Assembly: GCF_038025025.1 (NCBI RefSeq)
Contig: NW_027117340.1
Span: 2,294,001-2,358,000, forward strand
Length of the DNA stretch: 64,000 nt
Direction: 5' to 3'
From: Phyllosticta citribraziliensis
Lineage: Eukaryota
Shown one piece after another: positions 39,318 through 48,002 of this stretch; the first letter of the stretch is position 1; every line of letters begins with the position of its first letter. Both the position numbers and the translations under genes were made by a program. The notes under the pieces are model-generated. The model worked only from the letters and a program-made list of their open reading frames with translations, searched no databases and was not told where the DNA came from.

Positions 39318-40477
39318 ATGGCACCCATCGACAACCCCGTCCTGCCCCCTGGCTCCACGATCCTGGTCACAGGCGTCAATGGCTTCATCGCCTCGGTCGT
39401 GGCCGACGTACTGCTGTCCCATGGCTACAACGTGCGCGGTACGGTGCGCGACACGGCCAAGCATGCGTGGATGGCATCGCACTTTGAGCATAAGCACGGC
39501 GCTGGCCGCTTCGAGCTCGTCCACGTCGCCAACATATCGGCGCCGGGCGCTTTCGATGCGGCCATGCAGGATGTCACCGGCGTGGCTCACGTCGCTGCCA
39601 TCATGAACCACGATCCAGACCCGAACAACGTGGTCCCGCCGTCTCTGGAGGCAATCAATAGCGTCCTGGAGAGCGCGGCCAAGACGCCTTCGGTCAAGCG
39701 CTTCGTCTTGACCTCGACGGGCATGACGGTGCGCTCGGTCGATTCGAGAGACCATGTCGTCTTGACGCAGGCGTCGTGGAATGAGACGAGCGTCGAGCGC
39801 GCGTGGAAGCCGCCGCCATATGAGCCCGAACGCGGCCTGGAGGTATACGGGGCGGCCAAAGTGGCAACTGAGAAGGCCATGTGGAAGTTTGTCGAAGAGC
39901 GGAAACCGGCCTTTGCGTGCAATTCTGGTAAGTGTGCCTTTGATGATTGATGTGTCACTATTGCTGACTGGGGATTTGTGAATCGGAATAGTGCTGCCCG
40001 CATTCACCTTTGGTCGTCTCTTGAGCCCTGAACACCAGGGCACCCCGTCGTCCACCCAATTCGTCGCTGCGCTTTTCAAGGGCGACATGCAAGTCCTGGC
40101 CCATATGACATCCTTGATCAAGTGCTGTACGTGGCGGCCCCTGAATCCACCTGTTTATCTGCTGACGACGTGCTTCAGTTGGATACTCGGACGTTGATGA
40201 CGTTGCGTATTTGCACCTTGCTGGCCTCATCCACCCAGACGTCCAGGGCCAGCGCCTATGGGCATATGATAAGTCATACCATTGGAATGACTTGCTCGCA
40301 GTTTTCAGAAAGAATTTCCCTGACCGCCAATTCGTCGATGACGTTGCAGGAGTCTTTCGTGACCCAGCAGAAAATCAGCCTGCCCAGAAGTCGAATGAGA
40401 TCTTGAGGGACTTTGGGAGACCTGGGTTGGCCGAGATGGAGGACAGCATCGTCAAGTGGATTCCCCAATTCATCTGA
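39318..40477 (+). CDS. NAD(P)-dependent epimerase/dehydratase (aldehyde reductase II/DFR-like extended SDR)
   Basis: ILVTGVNGFIA, VRGTVR, VKRFVLTS, catalytic YGAAK, DVDDVAYLH. Two introns. Confidence 0.92.
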
Positions 40478-40688
40478 AGAACGAGAAGATGTATTGGAGG
40501 GCCCCGTGAGTGGTTTATCTTTCTATGCTCTATGTTAGATGTTAGGAAACGAAACATGGCAAGTCACTTGATCCAAACGAGCCAGAATGGAAAGTGAGTG
40601 AATCAGAAGCAGGCCGAGAATATCATTCTGTCAACGTTGACTTACAGAGACACCGGTCTTGCAAAGGATAGGGATTGTTTCACTCCTT

Positions 40689-41660
40689 TCAAATTTTCGC
40701 TCCGAACTCAGCGCCATCCACCTTACCTAGGAATCCCACGACTCTTTTGATCAAGTCCTTGACGACTTCGTCTGGGCTTTTCATCAGGTTGTGCGACGCT
40801 CCCGGCACGATACCACCGTTGATATCGTCCACGGAGCCCCCAGCCTCCTTGACAAGCCTCATCCATGTCTTGACCAACGCCTCCTTGTCCACAGACTTGG
40901 GCACGAATTCATCACTGCCTCCGTACAAGAAGCAAACGGGTGTCTTCGACCTGGCAATAGCTTCACACCACTCGCCCCACCTCTTTTCACCCAGGTCAGA
41001 ACTGAAATAGTCATCGGCTCCGCGGTGTTCAGGACCCGGGCTGGTCAAGTCGAGCCACCGGCGCGCACACACCGGCGCCGGGCCCATGAGGTCTTTTGTG
41101 AAGCGGCTGGGAAGAACATCTTCGCCACGGCCCTGTTCCACAAACTCGCGGGCCGCAGCGACGCCTTCATTGTAGTCTTTCTCGCCAAGCGCCAGGTACA
41201 GGGCCTCACGATCGCTGACGGGCGCCTGCAGCGCAATGCCGTCAACCTTTTCCCTCGCGTCCGCCCCCTTGCCTGTCACGTATTCGGCCAGATCCTGAGT
41301 GCCGGTCGAGTGCCCCATCAGCACGACTTTGGTGCCCGGCCGCAGCTTGCGGAAGTATGCGACACATTGTCCGATTTCGGCGGCGTCCTTTGCGATGCTG
41401 GACATGCCCCAGCCGTTGTAGGCGGACGAGAGGAGCACTTGTGCGAGCGTCCAGGTGGGCGGCAGCGATGCTGCGAGGTGCCTCACGTAGGAGACGGTGA
41501 GCAGCCCATCTCCAAGTCCGCCGACCCAGAGGAGTGTGTTGGGCGGGCTGGATTCGGTCTGTGTGGAGCTGGACGGCGTCGAGAGCTCAAAGGCGCTGAG
41601 CTGCGGTGTGAAGCGGTGGACTGTTCCCGGGACAGAGAATGGCGTGAATGGCATGGTCAC
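40689..41660 (-). CDS. DUF1749 alpha/beta hydrolase (SidJ-like family)
   Basis: LLWVGGLGDG, nucleophile GHSTG, QAPVSDRE, DDYFSSDL, GSDEFVP, GASH. Confidence 0.88.
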   Translation of the reverse strand: MTMPFTPFSVPGTVHRFTPQLSAFELSTPSSSTQTESSPPNTLLWVGGLGDGLLTVSYVRHLAASLPPTWTLAQVLLSSAYNGWGMSSIAKDAAEIGQCVAYFRKLRPGTKVVLMGHSTGTQDLAEYVTGKGADAREKVDGIALQAPVSDREALYLALGEKDYNEGVAAAREFVEQGRGEDVLPSRFTKDLMGPAPVCARRWLDLTSPGPEHRGADDYFSSDLGEKRWGEWCEAIARSKTPVCFLYGGSDEFVPKSVDKEALVKTWMRLVKEAGGSVDDINGGIVPGASHNLMKSPDEVVKDLIKRVVGFLGKVDGAEFGAKI

Positions 41661-42728
41661 GATTGAGTTGTTGTATCCGTGATATGAATGATGTCGTCGG
41701 CAGAAGTTTGAGGTTGGTGGTCGCGCAATGGTGCGGTCGCGAAGCTACCCCGCGAGTGGGAAACAGGCCAGCTCTTATCGCACCCCGCCATCGCAGCAAA
41801 CTTTCAGCCATCGACTCTCCGCATACGCCGAACCCTCCATGGAAAATCTTCACGCCATAATGTTCCCCTTTCTTGCAATGAGCTTGCTGCGAGTCAAGAA
41901 CATCCCCATTTCTGCAGCTTTGAAACGCCGACCGCGTGTCAGGCTACACCGATCACGTGGTCACGCGCCCAACATGACGGAATCAGAGACTCGCGTTGCG
42001 CGAATGCAACACTAATTCGCGCAATGAAAGTTTCAAAAAAGTCTCGGATCATTCCCCTTTCTTCAAACGGTGAGGCTTGCTCCAGAGAACGGGACTGCAA
42101 CATGTTAGCATATGAGCCTCGACCAAAGCTGCCAGTGCTCGTTCAAGGCGGTTTGAAGCTCGCTTCACTTTGCATGACCTGGAGCCACTGTCTCCGCCAG
42201 ATCTCATAAGACTTTTGGATACAAACAGCCTCCAGGGGAAAACAAAAGGCTGCAAGAACAGAGGCCAGAAAAATGTTGAAGAAGTTTTGGTAATGAGTCT
42301 GCAACGGACGAGATGAGAATGCTTGCGCGGGACGGTGTGTAAATGGTGCAGAGGAACATTTTTCTTCTCACCATTCTCAAAACCATGTCTGCGTTTGTCC
42401 AAGGCGTCGAAGTACATGTAGACCTGTCTCAGCGATTACGCGTCTCCGTGATGGCGCGACACAGGAAAACCTACTACTTCATTTGGTTTAGCTCGACGCG
42501 GCCGGGGTTGACCTCGCGCGTCGCCCGTCGAACTCGGTTTCCCCCGCAACTCCTCTCTTTGTCGCTGACAGGCTCTCACGATACTTCTCTGCTGGTTTTC
42601 ATGTCGGAGTTGTCCTTTCGCGCGGTTCTCACTCTCAACCAATCAAACCCTTCCTGTCGTCTAGTCGCGCGACTCTACCATACCACAAAGTCCCGGTTCG
42701 ATCGATCCCTTGCTGGCCAACGTAGAAC

Positions 42729-44281
42729 ATGCCAGAGATGTTCAATCCGACAAAGCCACCGGTGCTCAGATGCAACGGATTTCAGTTTTGTCGAGACCGC
42801 TTCACCTTGGAAGATACGGATATTGCGCGCGTTGAAGGTCCACGCCTACATGGGCTTTTGCATCCAGAGACACTGTCGCTGCAAGGCCGCATGGTAGCCG
42901 CAGAAGAGGCTCGCAAATTATTCAAGAAAGACTTCTTCGCGGCACAGTTGCGCTTTTATGGAATTGAATTCCGTATGTCCAGCAAAGTCGCCGATCTTCG
43001 AAGTCTGCTTGAGGAGTCGGTTCATCATGGCAAGGTAAGTACCGGGATTTCACTTGATTCTCTTACGGCTTTACATGAAGCCGTACCTATAGACTGATAT
43101 CGTCTCAGTGCGACGTTGTCCCCGAACCAATAGCGCGCCTGGAGCAAAGAATGTGCCTCGAATATGAATCGATGTACCAAGCATGGAAGAAGCAGGTTCG
43201 CGCTTGGGACGAGGAGAAAAGGCAACGAGAAACCGAAGCCAAGGCGAGAGAAAAGGAGCGTCAAGATGCAGCCTTTGCCCAATGCAAAACACCCAGCGAA
43301 AAAGCAAGCTATGACTTGCAAAGATTCATGGATTTCTACTACTTAAATGAGGGAAAGCCGGATAAATCGAAGACCCCTGCGCCTATGGTCCTTCAAATTC
43401 ACCCCAGAGGCCTTGACAAGAAGCTGAGTCTCCATGATCTATCTCAGAGATACGATCTCCACACGAAATTTTGCATGTCGCACGAAGGCCCAAGACACTG
43501 CATTGGATGGGATCGCGACGCTGTGTACCGCTTGGCGGACAACATCAATAAAGAAAAGAAAGAAGCGGAGAGAAGAGAACGTGATACTGACTATCAGCGT
43601 TGCGTCGCTCGAGCAAGACAGCGCTGCCAATCGCAAGGCAATACATCATTTGAGCTTCGCCAATGCGTAGGCTCATATTCCATTGAATGTGATGCGGCTC
43701 TCAAGTTTGACAAACGCTACGAAAACAACCTCACGATGGACATATCAACAGCTGGAAATGAGACTCTGATTGCCGCCTACGATTTTGGGGTGATAAAGGG
43801 GACCATGCTCTTGAGTCTCTCTGAAGAGAATCTGGACGCCATTACTGGAGCAGTGTCTAAACAGCAATACTATTCTGACTACGACGATGAAGAGTACGAC
43901 GAAGACAGTGACGAGGCAACGAATACCTTGGCAAAGACTGTTCCAAAGACTGTAGCAAATAAACGAGCAGCAGGAGGCCCTTCAAATGCTTCAAAGAAAC
44001 GTAAAAGAATACCTACCCTCTCTCGGCGGGTCTACTACCGACTCCGAGGCCAAGAAACTGGCGAAGGTCAAATAATTCCTGACTCCGCGCCAGGCCACCT
44101 CGAATTCCTATCAGATGGGTGCACAAAATTTGTGGGACTGGCCTACGATTTCCCCTACATCGACCGCAACGTCAGATTTTTGGGATATAAAGTATCGGAG
44201 CAGCCGCTAAAGAAGCCGGATCCATGGGACGCTTTCTCCTACGGAACTTATGGACTTGCATCCACAGGGAGATGGAATTGA
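42729..44281 (+). CDS. Uncharacterised fungal protein, tandem paralog 1
   Basis: Exon 1 MPEMF...EESVHHGK, 74-nt intron 43035-43108, exon 2 CDVVPEP...GRWN*. Collinear similarity to the gene at 44879. Confidence 0.82.
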
Positions 44282-44878
44282 ACGACTCACCGTTGCTCGA
44301 TGAACGAATTGGTCACAGAAGATGGAGATCTGTTTTAATATCCCCTACATGAAGAGGTCAATGCTGTTAGGTTTCAGTGATTCACGAAGTCAAAATCCTC
44401 TCCAATCAAACAGCGTTTGGCCTGCTCAAAACCCCTTTGCTTCGGGTACACGATGCTCCTCTGGGCCTGACCAACAACGCCTCGTAAGGAACATTACCAA
44501 AGAATCAAGGAAATTGGGAAAACAGCATACAACACAGGAAGATTCACTTTGCTTACGATTCCTCTCCTAATTCACTACCAGTGGATCACTAGTCACCTCG
44601 ACACTGTATGAATTCAACCAATCAATGACGTTGGTCGATCCCGCAGCCCGAGCCTCTTCTGAATCAGTGCCTTGCGCTTCAGGGCAGATACTTCTCGGAA
44701 GCGCGCGCTTATTTCGTCGGCTTCCCTTAAGCCCAGACGCGAAATCGCGCGACGCGTCACGTAAACCACACCACTGCATCTTGGGTTCTTCAACTTATCA
44801 CCAACCACACTCCGCCGCGTCCAAGCAGTTCCTCTATTCGCCCATCTCACCTTTGCCACTCGACTTGCAGCTTGGAAA

Positions 44879-46465
44879 ATGGCATCCTTTCATTATGGTC
44901 GTCCAGAGCCTCCAGTGTTCAAACAGAACGGCTTTGAACTCCGTGACCAGACTTTCACTGTGTCTGGGTACGAGCGTTTCGACAGCCAGCGCTTGAGGGA
45001 AGTCCTCTATCCTCAGCCCCAACTAACTCAATCCACTGGGCAAGAAAGTGTTTTTCGCCGCGCAACTGAAGCATTACGGCATCGACTTCCGCCCATCAAC
45101 CCCGGTCGCCGAGATACGCACCCTACTCGAGGAGTCAATTCGTCAGGGCAAAGTACGCGGGAGAAGGGATCCCTAAGATTGAGTCTCGATGCTGACTGGT
45201 CTCATCAACAGTGCGAACAGATTTCAGACTCCGCGATTGAAGTTCAGCAAAAAATGAAGCGCGATGACGAGCCACAGCGCCAGGAATGGGCAAACGAGTT
45301 TCGAGTCTGGGATGAAAGCAACAAAGCAAAGTGTAACACGCCCCAGAAGAGAGCCGAATACGACTTCGAATGGTTCTTGAGTCACCACTACTTTACTGAT
45401 GGGAGAGAGCCGGATCGCACCAAGACACCAGATGTCTTGGTCTTGCAGGGCTTCGACCACAAAAGGGACCTGATCGCTCGTACCATCCCTGGCCTTCACA
45501 CAGCCCTGTGCCGCTCTCGGGACGAATTCACAGAGACTCCTGACCTTTGCATCGGTTGGGACGAAGCCTCTGTCGTTCGCAAGGTGCAAGACACAAACAA
45601 TGAGGTGGAGGAGGAGCGACAGCGCAAGGAGGATAGAGAGCTGAAAAAGCGCGACGAACACTGGCAAAAAGATATTGAGCCACACCGACGATATCTTCAT
45701 CGGCGGCATACCATGAACACTCCTCCACTGCAGTCATTCGAGCTGCGACACTGCGTCGGCTCATATCTTGTCCGCTGCGACGAAATTGCCAAAAAGGAGT
45801 GGTGGTGCTCTCCACGCATGCTGCACCTGGATATCTCGCTTGGTCCAGACGGGATATTGATTGGTACCTTCGATTTCAACCTCATCGAGGGCACCATGCT
45901 GTTGGGGTTCTCAGAGGAAAAGCTTGATGAACTCGTTGCTAGGATCGAAGGAAAAGAAAGACGCAGGCGAGAACGCGAGGCCAAACGCAACAGGTACAGG
46001 TGCCACAAGCACGAAGACTGCTGGGAGGATTACCCAAGCGATCTCGACGACGATGACGAGGAGGAGGAGGAGGAGGAGGAGGAAGACGAACTCAACGCCT
46101 GTGCTGCTGGCACCAAACGTGCCGCGCCAGACACCACAACCACGCCCTCCTCCTCGCCTGCCTCAAAACGCCAAAGGACAACGCCCTCGAACGCTATCCA
46201 CCTACCTCGCCGCATCTTCTACCGCATGCACGGCCGCGAGGCCGGCGACGAGATGATAAAACGCCGCCCCGAATACTTCTCGTCCCCTTGCGCCGGCCTG
46301 CTTCACTTTGCCGACGACGCGTGCACCGCATTTTCTGGTATGCTCGACGACAACGAGTTCGTGGGTGAAAACGTCAGGTTCGTGGGCTGCAAGGTGCCGG
46401 ATGTGCCGCAGTGGAGCGCTGATCCGTGGAGCACGTTTTCGGGGAGACACTCGTGGTTGTTTTGA
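44879..46465 (+). CDS. Uncharacterised fungal protein, tandem paralog 2 (internal frameshift; possible pseudogene)
   Basis: Shares PPVxxxNGF, FFAAQLxxYGIxF, FELRxCVGSY, DFxxIxGTMLL, RRxxYRxxGxExG and NVRFxGxKV with paralog 1, but the FFAAQL block lies in a different frame from the ATG. Confidence 0.7.
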   Translation: MASFHYGRPEPPVFKQNGFELRDQTFTVSGYERFDSQRLREVLYPQPQLTQSTGQESVFRRATEALRHRLPPINPGRRDTHPTRGVNSSGQSTREKGSLRLSLDADWSHQQCEQISDSAIEVQQKMKRDDEPQRQEWANEFRVWDESNKAKCNTPQKRAEYDFEWFLSHHYFTDGREPDRTKTPDVLVLQGFDHKRDLIARTIPGLHTALCRSRDEFTETPDLCIGWDEASVVRKVQDTNNEVEEERQRKEDRELKKRDEHWQKDIEPHRRYLHRRHTMNTPPLQSFELRHCVGSYLVRCDEIAKKEWWCSPRMLHLDISLGPDGILIGTFDFNLIEGTMLLGFSEEKLDELVARIEGKERRRREREAKRNRYRCHKHEDCWEDYPSDLDDDDEEEEEEEEEDELNACAAGTKRAAPDTTTTPSSSPASKRQRTTPSNAIHLPRRIFYRMHGREAGDEMIKRRPEYFSSPCAGLLHFADDACTAFSGMLDDNEFVGENVRFVGCKVPDVPQWSADPWSTFSGRHSWLF

Positions 46466-46558
46466 GGTGTTGGGAGAGTGGGGAGAGAAGTGGCTATAAG
46501 TTGAGGTGTTTGTGTTGTTGACGTTGGTTGAGGTACATGTCCTTTGGATCTTGAGGAC

Positions 46559-46696
46559 TGGTACTGTACGTATCAGAAGCGCGCCCCTGATCTCGGGCAA
46601 GTTCCTTGACAAGCAGTACCAAGAAACCTCGACCGTATCTGGGTGAGGAAGGCGAAGCCAGCCGAGTTCCATGGTTCGATTACCATTAAGGGGCAC
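46559..46696 (-). ncRNA. Candidate structured RNA element (unclassified)
   Basis: Nested complementary segments cover most of about 115 nt, with a 6-8 bp loop-to-tail pairing. G-U-compatible mismatches favour the minus strand. Confidence 0.3.
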
Positions 46697-46769
46697 CTAA
46701 ACGGAGAATTGAAGGTATAAAGCTCCCGCGACCTCGCTTTTTCCTTTCCAAACCTCAACAACGCCCAAC

Positions 46770-47198
46770 ATGAAGTCAGTCTCTCTTCTTGATCGTCCAC
46801 ACGACGACGACGACGACTTTACTGCGAACTCTCATTCAAGCATATTACCGACGACATCATTGCCATCATCCTCAACACCAGACACAACGGACCGGCTCGA
46901 TCCCGAACTGGATGAATATGAATGTGTCACAGCTCTGATCACATTCTTCCTCGTGCTCTGGATCGTTGCCTGCATCATTATTCTAACAATACTCCCTCTC
47001 CAACCGGTGGTCAAATGTGCAATCATTACCACGCCCGAAACATGCCTAAGCGTAATCCTCCTCTTGGTGGACAAGAACACTCCACCGCCGACGTCCCCTT
47101 CAATGATAAGACCATACCTCGAGAGCGCCTATTTCTTTTCTGTATTTCTTAGCGGCATAACGCCGGTGTTGGTACTGTTTCAACAACCCCCGCAGTGA
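46770..47198 (+). CDS. Hypothetical small membrane protein (142 aa)
   Basis: TATAAA at about 46716, CAACATG start context, acidic N-terminus and 2-3 hydrophobic segments. Confidence 0.5.
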   Translation: MKSVSLLDRPHDDDDDFTANSHSSILPTTSLPSSSTPDTTDRLDPELDEYECVTALITFFLVLWIVACIIILTILPLQPVVKCAIITTPETCLSVILLLVDKNTPPPTSPSMIRPYLESAYFFSVFLSGITPVLVLFQQPPQ

Positions 47199-47246
47199 GA
47201 ATGCTGGTAAGTCTGCGCCCTCAGATCGTGTGACAGTCACTGATTG

Positions 47247-47329
47247 GGAGCATTCAAGCGACTCGAGACCAGCGTACGTGCTCAGGAGCATTCAAGCGAT
47301 TCGAGACCAGCGTACGTGCTCAGGAGCAT
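47247..47329. repeat. 38-bp tandem direct repeat (2.2 copies)
   Basis: GGAGCATTCAAGCGAYTCGAGACCAGCGTACGTGCTCA twice (1 mismatch) plus GGAGCAT. Confidence 0.95.
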
Positions 47330-48002
47330 CCAGCAGTACAAGAGAGCAGTGACAAGGAGCTCCTGAGCCCTGATGCGCAGAACCTCACGATGGACCCAAA
47401 ACAGCGAAACCAAAACAAAACAACCCCACGACGTCACCACTCCGATCTCGGCCCGCGCCAGCGCCCCCAAAACACACCAGCGGAGGTCAGTGCGGTGCCT
47501 GCGTTTCACAGCAGCCGCGCACGGGCCAAGCGGGGTAAATTGTGGATACAAAAATAGCAGCCACGCCGCCCGCACCGGCACGACGTGTGCCAGTCCAGCC
47601 AGCCAGCCACGAGCTCTCAAACGCGCGCGCTTCTTTTGCTTGGCGGATCAACGTGTTTGGCTGCTGTGGCACGCGCGAGTCGCAAGGCGGGAATGGAGAG
47701 TTTAGGGACGGGCCGACTGACTGAATGTGGGATGATCGTTGGGGGAGGGGAGGGGAGGGGGCGAGGGGCTTGGTTGTGGTGTGGGTTGTGCCATCAAGGT
47801 TGCGTGTTTTTGGTTTTGCGCGATTTGTAAATGGGGAGGGGGATGTAGAGGTGAAAGGGATGATATGACATGGCATGAAGAAAGGAGCTCGTGCTTGTTG
47901 CGAAAGAGTTGGTCGTACAGCGACAAAAAGGTTAATTGTACATTTTGGGTAGGCTTAGGTTCGGGAAGACAACCTGCGACCAGAGCCAGCTCAACTACAT
48001 GC

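Noticed and set aside
39318..41660. Secondary-metabolite or siderophore cluster (reductase, SidJ-like hydrolase, transporters)
   Set aside because: No backbone enzyme in the window, and the genes are interspersed with unrelated housekeeping genes.
44968..45048. Cryptic intron that could repair the paralog 2 frameshift (GTACGA...CTAAC...AAG)
   Set aside because: Neither AAG acceptor (45044, 45048) joins into the FFAAQL frame, and the segment is homologous to coding sequence in paralog 1.
46583..46695. tRNA or tRNA-Sec (GCCCCTG...GGTTCGATT...AGGGGCA)
   Set aside because: No A-box/D-arm or anticodon arm can be built and the T-arm/acceptor spacing is off. Kept only as an unclassified structured element.
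47247..47329. CRISPR-like repeat
   Set aside because: The units are directly adjacent with no spacers, the context is eukaryotic, and there are no cas genes.
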